Virus record (IMG/VR): IMGVR_UViG_3300032303_002587
Span: 1 to 64,000 of that record
DNA from: a virus
Taxonomy: Duplodnaviria > Caudoviricetes
Strand: one strand, 5' to 3'
Length of the DNA stretch: 64,000 nucleotides
Positions 29,977 through 42,517 of the stretch are shown in pieces. The position numbers and the translations under genes are program-made. The notes under the pieces were generated by a model. It did not search any database, had not been told where the DNA came from, and worked only from the letters and a program-made list of their open reading frames with translations. Positions within the stretch are counted from its first letter, which is position 1. Each line of letters starts with the position of its first letter.

Positions 29977-32548
29977 TTTATTAGAAGATAAAAAATTCTC
30001 CTCAAAGTTTGAGAACGTAGACTTAGGCTTACATGGAGTAAGATTACCAGAATTTTTAATTGATTCAGCCTCAAAAAGACATTTAAATATTAGTGAAGAT
30101 TCTTCAAATTATGATTTTTTAAGAGCTTTATCTTTAGATGGTTTCAAAAATCTAAAAATAGATAAAAATTCTCCAGAATATAAAAAATATATAGACCGAG
30201 CTAAATATGAATTAGATACATTAAAAGATCTTGGATTTATTGATTATATTTTATTAGTTTGGGATGTTATTAATTTTTGTAAAACAAATAATATTCCAGT
30301 TGGTTTAGGTAGAGGTTCTGCAGCTGGATCTCTTATTCTTTATTTAGTTGGAGTAACCAGAATAGATCCAGTTAAATATGACCTTTATTTTGAAAGATTT
30401 ATATCCAAGATTCGCGCTAAAAAGCAAGTTATTGATGGAGTAACGTATTTGGATGGTAGTTTAATGTGCGACGTTGATTTGGATATTTGTTATTATAATC
30501 GTCATAAAGTTCTAGAATATCTTGAAACCAAGTTTAAAGGTAAAACAAGCAAAATTTTAACGCTTAATACTCTAAGTGGAAAATTGCTTATTAAAGAATG
30601 TGGTAAAATTGTAAGCGAAAAATCAGAAGAAGAAATGACTAATACTTCTTCTCTTATACCAAAGTTATATGGACAAGTAAAAGATATCACTAGCGCTTAT
30701 GAAGAAGTTCCTAAATTCAAAGAATGGTGCGATGAAAATAAAGAAGTTTATGAAATAGCTTTAAAATTAAGAGATCTTATTAAGAATAAAGGGGTTCATC
30801 CTTCTGGAGTTTTATTATCATATCATAATTTAGATAAGGTTTGCCCAACAGAATTTTCAAGTGATAAAGAAGCAGTTTCAAGTTTTGATATGAATTGGGT
30901 CAGTTTATTTAATATTAAACTTGATATTCTAGGATTAAGAAGCGTATCGGTGGTGCATGACGTATGTAAAAGCATTGGAATAAATATTGAAGATATTGAC
31001 TTGAATCATGAATCTATTTATAGAACCCTACAAGATTTGAAATCTCCACACGGATTATTCCAAATTGAAGCGGATACTAATTTTAGAGTATGTCAAAAAG
31101 TCAAGCCAAAGAATTTAGAAGAATTGAGCGGAGTTTTGGCATTAGCTCGACCTGGAGCTTTGCAATTCGTTGATAAATACGCTGCTCATACTAACTTCCA
31201 ACAATCTGAAAGTATCCATCCATTATTTGATGATATTCTTAAAGAAACTGGTGGAGTAGCATTATACCAAGAGCAATTAATGAAAATGGCTAACAAAATC
31301 GGTTTCACTCTAGACGAAGCAGAAATCTTAAGAAGAATCGTAGGTAAAAAGAAGACCGAAGAAATTAAAACTTGGAAAAAGAAAATTGAATCTAAAATAA
31401 AAGAAAATAAACTTCCAAAAGAAGTAGGAGAAATATTGTGGAAGATTTTGGAAGACTCAGCGAACTATTCATTCAATAAATCACATTCAATTGCTTATGC
31501 TGCTTTGGCTGCAATTACTGTTTATTTAAAATTTAATCATCCTCAACAATTCTTTTTATCTTTGTTAAAGATGACAAGAAACGAGCCAGATCCAATTGGA
31601 GAAATATCTAAGATTCAAAAGGAAATGGGGCATTTCAATATTAAATTATTAAAACCTCATATCATTAAATCTGAAATGGATTTCTCATTAGAAGGCGAGG
31701 ATATTAGATTTGGATTACTTTCTGTAAAAGGCATCTCAGATAAATCTATTGAAAAACTAAATAGTTTTAGAAATAAGTATTCTAATAAATTTGAAATATT
31801 TCAAGCAGCAGAAGAAGCAGATTTAAATATCGGAGTATTATGTTCATTAATTCAAGCTGGTGCATTAACTGGCTTCAAACAAAGCAGAAGTAAAATAGTG
31901 TTAGAAGCGCAATTATGGAACATTTTAACCGCTAAAGAAAAAAAGTATGTAATATCTTTTGCTGAAAAATTTGATTTCGATTTAATACGAATCATTAAAC
32001 ATCTTAATAAATTTACAGACGAAAAGAATAAAATTATCATAAAATCTACAAGATTAGAAACAATTAAAAAGAAATATGAACCATATTTAAAAATATATAA
32101 TCAAAATAATAAAAGCGAAAGTTTCGCTAACTGGTATTATGAGAAAAAGCTTTTGGGATATAGCTACGAAAGAACATTAAAAGACATCTTTTCAGAAAAA
32201 AGAGAGGATCTAGAATATATTAATACTATTCAAGATTTGCCACTTAATCAAAAAGCCGTATTGATTGGACAAGTAGAGGAAACCTACTCTGGAACATCTA
32301 AAAACGAAAAGAAAACAAAATACTTCAGATTAAAGGTCGCAGATGAAACTGGACTAGCTACAGTGCTTTTATTTAATGATAAAATTGAAAATTGTAAAAA
32401 TCTCAATGGTGGTAAAAATCCAGAAGAAGGAAATATTGTAATTGTTAAAGGCATTAAAAAAGAAGATTGTATATTTGCTGATTTAATAGCTATTCAAGAC
32501 CATGAAATATATATGAAATTAAGCGAAATAAAAAAGGTTGACATTTAA
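29969..32548 (+). CDS. dnaE: DNA polymerase III alpha catalytic core (lacks PHP)
   Basis: GRGSAAGS, FERF, DVDLD, HPSG, KLDILGL, ARPG, YQEQLM, YSFNKSH, HhH IRFGLLSVKGI and a C-terminal OB-fold. The likely start is ATG 29969 (track start 29954). Confidence 0.92.
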   Translation: MINLLEDKKFSSKFENVDLGLHGVRLPEFLIDSASKRHLNISEDSSNYDFLRALSLDGFKNLKIDKNSPEYKKYIDRAKYELDTLKDLGFIDYILLVWDVINFCKTNNIPVGLGRGSAAGSLILYLVGVTRIDPVKYDLYFERFISKIRAKKQVIDGVTYLDGSLMCDVDLDICYYNRHKVLEYLETKFKGKTSKILTLNTLSGKLLIKECGKIVSEKSEEEMTNTSSLIPKLYGQVKDITSAYEEVPKFKEWCDENKEVYEIALKLRDLIKNKGVHPSGVLLSYHNLDKVCPTEFSSDKEAVSSFDMNWVSLFNIKLDILGLRSVSVVHDVCKSIGINIEDIDLNHESIYRTLQDLKSPHGLFQIEADTNFRVCQKVKPKNLEELSGVLALARPGALQFVDKYAAHTNFQQSESIHPLFDDILKETGGVALYQEQLMKMANKIGFTLDEAEILRRIVGKKKTEEIKTWKKKIESKIKENKLPKEVGEILWKILEDSANYSFNKSHSIAYAALAAITVYLKFNHPQQFFLSLLKMTRNEPDPIGEISKIQKEMGHFNIKLLKPHIIKSEMDFSLEGEDIRFGLLSVKGISDKSIEKLNSFRNKYSNKFEIFQAAEEADLNIGVLCSLIQAGALTGFKQSRSKIVLEAQLWNILTAKEKKYVISFAEKFDFDLIRIIKHLNKFTDEKNKIIIKSTRLETIKKKYEPYLKIYNQNNKSESFANWYYEKKLLGYSYERTLKDIFSEKREDLEYINTIQDLPLNQKAVLIGQVEETYSGTSKNEKKTKYFRLKVADETGLATVLLFNDKIENCKNLNGGKNPEEGNIVIVKGIKKEDCIFADLIAIQDHEIYMKLSEIKKVDI

Positions 32549-32566
32549 TTAAATATAATATATCAT
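32538..32566 (+). promoter_or_regulatory. sigma70-like promoter
   Basis: TTGACA-17-TATCAT; ATG 7 nt downstream. Confidence 0.7.
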
Positions 32567-32573
32567 TCATAAT

Positions 32574-33116
32574 ATGATTACATACTATAAACCAAATAGC
32601 AAAAATACAGGCACAGCTTGTAGTTTTTCAGTAAATGCAAAAGATAGCTCAATTTGGAGCTCATTAATTAAACAAAGCTCTTGGAATGAAGCCAAGAAGA
32701 TCGGATCATTTTCAGACAATCAAAATAATCCTAATAAAAGCGTAAAAATTAAGTTTTCATTAACAGAGGCAGCTGGAATTCTAGATGCAATTGAAAGAAA
32801 TGCAGAGTTTTCAGCTTATCATACTTCTGAAAAGCAAACTACACAAATTAAATTTGCTCCATATATTAGAGATGAAAAGCAAGTAGGTTTTTCTTATATG
32901 GTATCTAAATCAGATAAACAAAACAGCGAAAATAAGCAATCTTATTTAATTGGATTATATTTTAGTGAAGCAAGACTATTAAGACAATTTTTAGCTTATG
33001 CCTTGGATTCAGTTTTTGAATCTCAAAGAATTGAAATGATTAAAAAACTAAAAAATAACCCTAAAGAAACCAAAGAAAAAGAAACAACTACAGAAGAAGA
33101 CAGCGAGCTTTGGTAG
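32574..33116 (+). CDS. Putative ssDNA-binding protein, Whirly/PC4-like fold
   Basis: KFSLTEAAGIL..EFSAYH and IGLYFSEARLL resemble Whirly motifs. Acidic-aromatic tail EEDSELW. Follows dnaE. Confidence 0.5.
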   Translation: MITYYKPNSKNTGTACSFSVNAKDSSIWSSLIKQSSWNEAKKIGSFSDNQNNPNKSVKIKFSLTEAAGILDAIERNAEFSAYHTSEKQTTQIKFAPYIRDEKQVGFSYMVSKSDKQNSENKQSYLIGLYFSEARLLRQFLAYALDSVFESQRIEMIKKLKNNPKETKEKETTTEEDSELW

Positions 33117-33120
33117 TTGA

Positions 33121-35031
33121 ATGAAGAAAAAAAAGATATTATATCAATCTGATTTTGCTTTAGCGAAAACTGGTTTCGCTAAAATTGCTAAAAATTTATT
33201 AACATATTTATATAATACTGGAAAATATGAAGTCGTAGAGTATTGCTGTGGATTACAATATTCTAATCCAGAACTTAAGAAAACTCCTTGGAAATCCGTG
33301 GGAACTCTTCCAGATAGTCCACAAGAAATACAAGAATTAAATAAAGACCCTAATAATGCTAGATTAGCAAGTTATGGGGCTTATCTTTTGGATAGAGTTA
33401 TTAGCGAAGAAAAGCCAGATATATATATTGCCGCACAAGATATTTGGGGAATAGATTTTGCAATAGAAAAAAAATGGTTTAATAAAATTGGCTCCGTTCT
33501 ATGGACAACGCTTGACTCTTTACCTATATTACCTACAGCACTTCAAAAAGCTCCAAAGATTAAAAATTATTGGATATGGAGCGATTTTGCAACAAAAGAA
33601 TTGCATAGATTAGGTCATCCTCATGTAAAAACTGTACACGGCCCACTTGATACAACTAATTTCTTTAAATTAGATGACTCCAAAAGAAAAGAGCTTAGAA
33701 AAAGGTTTAATATAGAAGAGGATGCATTTATCATTGGATTCGTATTTAGAAATCAATTAAGAAAAAGCGTTCCAAATTTACTAGAAGGTTACTCGTTATG
33801 GAAAAAACAAAACCCACAAGTTAAAAGCTATTTACTTTTGCACACGCATTGGGGCGAAGGATGGAATATACATAAATTAGCAGATGAATACGGAATAGAT
33901 AAAAAAGAAATTTTAACAACTTATATTTGTAAAAACTGTTTTCAATATGAAATAAAACCTTTCTATGGTCATGATTTAAATTGTAGATTTTGTGGTTCTG
34001 AAAAATCTCAGACGACTTCAAATGTATCAATTGGAGTTGATGAAGATCAACTTAATGAAATATATAATTTAATGGATGTATATTGTCATCCTTTTACTAG
34101 CGGTGGCCAAGAGATTCCTATTCAAGAAGCTAAACTTGCAGAATTAATTACATTAGTAACAAATTATAGTTGCGGAGAAGATATGTGTGTAGATGGGGCT
34201 GCAACTCTTCCCCTAGAATGGTTTGAATATAGAGAGCATGGAACAGAATTTAAAAAAGCATCAACTGATCCTAAATCAATTGCACAAAATTTAAATAAAG
34301 TTTTTAAAATGAGCCTAGAGGAAAAAATTAAACTTGGCAAACAAGCTAGAGAATGGACAATTCAAAATTACTCTATACAAAACATAGGCAAGATTTTTGA
34401 ATCTTTTATAGATAATTCTCCAGAAGCTAATTTTGCTTCAATAGAAAACGAAGAGCTTAGAGATCCATTTTGCCAAATACCAGTTATAGAAGATAATTCT
34501 CAATGGTTGATTTTCATGTATCACAATATTCTAAAAATGAAAAATGTTGATCAAAATGATAGTGGGCATCAATATTGGATGCACGAAATAGAAAAAGGAA
34601 TGAAAAGGCAAGATATAGAAAATTATTTCAGACAAGTCGCTACGAAAGAAAATCAACAAATGAAAAAAGTAGATTTTCAAGATATCCTAGATAAAGATGA
34701 TGATGGAAAAAGAATGATTTATGTAATTCCAGAATCAGCAGAAGATGTATTTTTATCTACAAGCCTTTTTAAGAATATTAAAAAACAATATCCAGATTAT
34801 AAATTATATGTAGCTACAAAAGAGGAATATTTCTCTATATTAAAAGGAAATAAATATATAGACAAAATTATTCAATACTTTCCTCAAATGGATCAATTGT
34901 TTTGGCTAGAAGGAATTGGAGATCATAAAGGATTTTTTGAAATAGCATTCTTGCCTTATTTAGGAACTCAAAGATTAATTGATTATACTCATAATGGCAA
35001 AACAAAAATAGAATTTAATTTAAATAACTAA
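33121..35031 (+). CDS. GT4-like glycosyltransferase with a CxxC..CxxC insertion and a C-terminal GT9 N-half
   Basis: KTGFAK, FRNQLRKSVP, LNEIYNLMDVYCHPFTSGGQEIPIQEA; CKNC..CRFC; ESAEDVFLSTSLFKNIKKQYPD. Confidence 0.75.
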   Translation: MKKKKILYQSDFALAKTGFAKIAKNLLTYLYNTGKYEVVEYCCGLQYSNPELKKTPWKSVGTLPDSPQEIQELNKDPNNARLASYGAYLLDRVISEEKPDIYIAAQDIWGIDFAIEKKWFNKIGSVLWTTLDSLPILPTALQKAPKIKNYWIWSDFATKELHRLGHPHVKTVHGPLDTTNFFKLDDSKRKELRKRFNIEEDAFIIGFVFRNQLRKSVPNLLEGYSLWKKQNPQVKSYLLLHTHWGEGWNIHKLADEYGIDKKEILTTYICKNCFQYEIKPFYGHDLNCRFCGSEKSQTTSNVSIGVDEDQLNEIYNLMDVYCHPFTSGGQEIPIQEAKLAELITLVTNYSCGEDMCVDGAATLPLEWFEYREHGTEFKKASTDPKSIAQNLNKVFKMSLEEKIKLGKQAREWTIQNYSIQNIGKIFESFIDNSPEANFASIENEELRDPFCQIPVIEDNSQWLIFMYHNILKMKNVDQNDSGHQYWMHEIEKGMKRQDIENYFRQVATKENQQMKKVDFQDILDKDDDGKRMIYVIPESAEDVFLSTSLFKNIKKQYPDYKLYVATKEEYFSILKGNKYIDKIIQYFPQMDQLFWLEGIGDHKGFFEIAFLPYLGTQRLIDYTHNGKTKIEFNLNN

Positions 35032-35042
35032 TAAAATTAATT

Positions 35043-36200
35043 ATGCACCTAGTAGAAAAATATGCGACGTCTTGTGGAATTAGAATAAATAAACCAGAGA
35101 TTTATGAAAAATTTTTTCCAGTACCATTTAATAAATATATAATATTTTGTCCTAAAAATACTAAAAATGGAGCAGAATATGATCATTGGCAAATAGTTAT
35201 TGATACGCTTGTTCAATTCATGAAAACGCAAGAAATTCATATAATACAAATTGGTGACAAAAATTCTAAAAAATACACTAATTGCGCTTTTATTGATGAG
35301 TCAATAATTGATTTTCAAAATTTAACTTATCTTATTAAAAATTCAGAACTTGTTTTAGGTGTTGATACTGTAGCTAATCATATAGCTTCTTCTTTTAGCA
35401 AAAAAATAGTTGGGCTTTATTATAATATAAATATAGAAAATGTTAAACCATATTGGGGAGAAAAATCTAAACAGAAATTATTATATCCAAAAATTTTTAC
35501 AAAACCATTTTATGGCTCAAATCTAAATCATAAATCAATTAATTCTATCAATCCAGAGGAAGTAACCACAAGCGTTTTAAATTTATTAAATATTAAATAT
35601 GGAAGTATGATTAATACAATTTTTATTGGAAATAATTTCCATAATAGAACATTAGATGTTATTCCAGATGGGCCACTTAATTTAGAAATTTTGAATAATG
35701 TTCAAAATCTAATAGTTAGAATGGATTTATGTTTTGATGAAGCTATATTAAATAATCTTTTATCTTATAAAAAATCCATAATAATAACAAAAAAACCGAT
35801 TAATACAGATATAATAAAAAATAAAAAAGCAAATATATTACAAATAGTTTATATTCTAGATAAAGATAATGATCCTAATTTTATTAAGTTAATTAAAAAT
35901 AATAATATTCAGTACACTTTGATATCAGAAGAAACAGACGAAACTATTAATACCTTTAAATTAAAATATATGGATTATGGTTTAATATTTAAAAAGAATA
36001 AAAATGAAAAGACTTTTGAACTGCCCAAGGATAAAGAAATCTTTTTTAGATGTTCTAAAAGTTATTTCTCATCAAAAGGTATTTTTAATGGCAAATATGC
36101 ATGGTTAAATAATTTACAAAATTCTCAAAATATAACTGATAATGAAGCTTTTTGGGAAGATTTACAAGATTTGCATATTTTTACTATTGACAATTCATAA
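35043..36200 (+). CDS. GT9 C-half plus an unknown C-terminal domain
   Basis: MHLVEKY, YIIFCP, IIQIG and YLIKNSELVLGVDTVANHIASSF..IVGLY. Confidence 0.65.
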   Translation: MHLVEKYATSCGIRINKPEIYEKFFPVPFNKYIIFCPKNTKNGAEYDHWQIVIDTLVQFMKTQEIHIIQIGDKNSKKYTNCAFIDESIIDFQNLTYLIKNSELVLGVDTVANHIASSFSKKIVGLYYNINIENVKPYWGEKSKQKLLYPKIFTKPFYGSNLNHKSINSINPEEVTTSVLNLLNIKYGSMINTIFIGNNFHNRTLDVIPDGPLNLEILNNVQNLIVRMDLCFDEAILNNLLSYKKSIIITKKPINTDIIKNKKANILQIVYILDKDNDPNFIKLIKNNNIQYTLISEETDETINTFKLKYMDYGLIFKKNKNEKTFELPKDKEIFFRCSKSYFSSKGIFNGKYAWLNNLQNSQNITDNEAFWEDLQDLHIFTIDNS

Positions 36201-36215
36201 TATAACAGATATACT
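36187..36215 (+). promoter_or_regulatory. sigma70-like promoter
   Basis: TTGACA-17-TATACT; ATG 6 nt downstream. Confidence 0.7.
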
Positions 36216-36221
36216 CATAAG

Positions 36222-37019
36222 ATGAGTCCAAAAATTAAAGATAATCAACAAACAATTTCAATTGGTAGTCAAGAGCTTGAGAACATTAACATTGTATCAG
36301 ATCTAAATATTCCAAAAGTAATACCTCCTAATATTATTACAAGAAATAAATATGGTCTTATTGACGATACAAATTTAAACTATATCTTTAATGATGATGG
36401 TACGATTAATTGGCGTAAAATGGTTAAAACCGAACATCTTGTACCAAATAGACAAAAAACCCAAGAAGCAGACGTTTCAAAACTTCAAGATAAAGATCTT
36501 CTTATTCTTTTAGGTGGCATCAAAGAACTAGCTCAAATACGTGGTTATACAAGAGTAGAATACAATGTAGTTTCTGCAACAGAAAGCTATTTTGCAACAA
36601 GTTGTCGTATAACTTGGATTCCAAATTATGAAACAGATAATAAAGAAATAGTATTTGAAGCTCTTGCTGATGCTACATGTAATAATACAAAATCTTTTGC
36701 TAGATTTTTCTTAGCTGCAATTGCTGAGAATAGAGCTTTTGTTCGTTGTGTGCGTAATTTTCTTAAAATTAATATCGTATCTCAAGAAGAGCTTGGAGAC
36801 GCTAAACTTCTTGATGAAGCTGTATCCATTCAAGAAAACCCAACTTCTCCACATGTTCTTTTAGAAAAAGTTATGAAAGATAGAAGCGTAACTTTTGAAG
36901 TTTTAAAAAATAAATTAATAAAAGAAAAATTTGATAATGCTGAAAATTTAAATACTATTAATGACATTCCAAAAGTAAAAATATTCGAACTGATAGATAG
37001 AATCAAAAAAGCAAAGTAA
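36222..37019 (+). CDS. Putative Rad52/Sak-like single-strand annealing protein
   Basis: ILLGGIKELAQIRG, beta-strands and AIAENRAFVRCVRNFLKI..VSQEEL resemble the SSAP core. Confidence 0.5.
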   Translation: MSPKIKDNQQTISIGSQELENINIVSDLNIPKVIPPNIITRNKYGLIDDTNLNYIFNDDGTINWRKMVKTEHLVPNRQKTQEADVSKLQDKDLLILLGGIKELAQIRGYTRVEYNVVSATESYFATSCRITWIPNYETDNKEIVFEALADATCNNTKSFARFFLAAIAENRAFVRCVRNFLKINIVSQEELGDAKLLDEAVSIQENPTSPHVLLEKVMKDRSVTFEVLKNKLIKEKFDNAENLNTINDIPKVKIFELIDRIKKAK

Positions 37020-37025
37020 TTAAGA

Positions 37026-38584
37026 CTACTGAATTACATTATTAATTGTGCCTTGCACTGGGTTATTTGTAGTGTCATTTTTATTAAAAGGATTTAAAAA
37101 TCCAGTTATTCCATAAATAACTAATCTCTGTTGTAGTCTTCCATTATTAATATAACCATCACGCACATATGTAGAAATAGGTTCTATTGGTCCAACTGTA
37201 CCAATTACTCCTCGTGTTCCATCTTGTGTAAAAGCTTGTCCTCTTACGCCTTCAGATCCGTTTACTTTTAGTAAAGACTGAACTCCATTTTGACCATTTA
37301 GCCCTTTATTTCCTGGAGAATTTTGAGGAAAAAATGGTCCTTGACTTTGAATACCAGCATTTCCTTGTGTACCTATTGATGCTCCAACTCCATTTTCTCC
37401 ACCATCGCCTTGAAGAATAGCTGGATTTGGTACAGCTGGGGGGCCTTGAATACCTATAGTTCCATTTATAGTATTGCCTACGTCTCCATCTTGACCTTTT
37501 GATCCTTGTATACCTTCATTATTTGTTCCTGCAATTCCGTTATCCCCCCTAATGACTTCTCCATCTAAACCTTGTGGACCAGCTCCAACGTATGCTGGTC
37601 CATTAATACCAATGATTCCATCTGATCCAACTGCACTATTAGAGTCTCCGTTTTGTCCTTGCGATCCTTGCACGGCTGGCCCATCTAATCCAGCGTTTCC
37701 GTTATCTCCTCTAACAGTTTGTCCATCTAAACCACCTGGTCCAACCCCAATATATGCTATTCCATCTAGACCAGCAACTCCATCTGATCCAACTGCACTA
37801 TTAGAGTCTCCGTTTTGTCCTTGCGATCCTTGCACGGCTGGCCCATCTAATCCAGCGTTTCCGTTATCTCCTCTAACAGTTTGTCCATCTAACCCACCAA
37901 CCCCAATATATGCTATTCCATCTAAACCAGCGATTCCATTTGATCCAAACGCTGTAGGTCCGCCTATTCCAATTAAACCTCCACCACCTACGCCACCTCC
38001 ACCTCCAGCACCTCCTGCTGCTCCGCCACCGCCTCCAATTCCCTGCTCTCCACTACCACAGCATTTTAATAAAATTTCTTTTGTTGATAATATTTTAATG
38101 CAAGTTCGTTCTGTTTCATTTGGATCGAATTTTATGCATCTAAATTTAGCTGTTGAATTATTTGGTATATCTGATGTATCTATAAATATATTTTTTGTAC
38201 TAGAATTTAAAAAGTTTATATTGCTTTCATCTATATCTGTATGTAAATTAATTTCATTAAATATATTATTATTAGTATTTAATAAATCTCCTATTTTAAA
38301 ATCTCCAGATCTGCTAGAAGTATTAAAATTAATTGAAAATTGATTTTCGGCAGTTGTTGTTTTTTGAGCAAAATAATTATTTTTATAATCTGTAAATATT
38401 TTTGTATTATTAAAATATCCGTCTATACCAGTCTCTATTGGAAAATTAGAGTTAAAATTTATTTGTTTTACAGCGCATTCATCTAATTTACTGTTAATAT
38501 ATAGAGCATTAAGACCAGATCCGCTAATATATTTATCCCAACATATTCCACCTAGATCTTGTACTTGTTTTAATACATTTGGCA

Positions 38585-38585
<1 letters not shown>
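37026..38585 (-). CDS. Collagen-like fibre protein, paralogue of 38585..39934
   Basis: Interrupted Gly-X-Y repeats and a poly-Gly linker. The true start is probably GTG 38585 (TAGTG overlap), since its N-terminus then matches the neighbour's QDLxxxCW. Confidence 0.7.
37617..37892. repeat. Direct repeat: two identical 114-bp copies with a 162-bp period
   Basis: 37617-37730 equals 37779-37892; a 54-aa in-frame duplication in the collagen region. Confidence 0.85.
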
Positions 38586-42515
<3,930 letters not shown>

Positions 42516-42517
42516 AA

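Noticed and set aside
29969-32548. Intein or split intein in dnaE (also checked dnaB and recA)
   Set aside because: The NYSFNKSH site is continuous, no C...HN splice ends or LAGLIDADG motifs are seen, and protein lengths are ordinary.
37552-38343. 263-aa Pro-rich plus-strand ORF
   Set aside because: Antisense shadow of Gly-rich codons in the collagen-like gene. The same applies to 694..891, 41511..41708 and 42064..42270.
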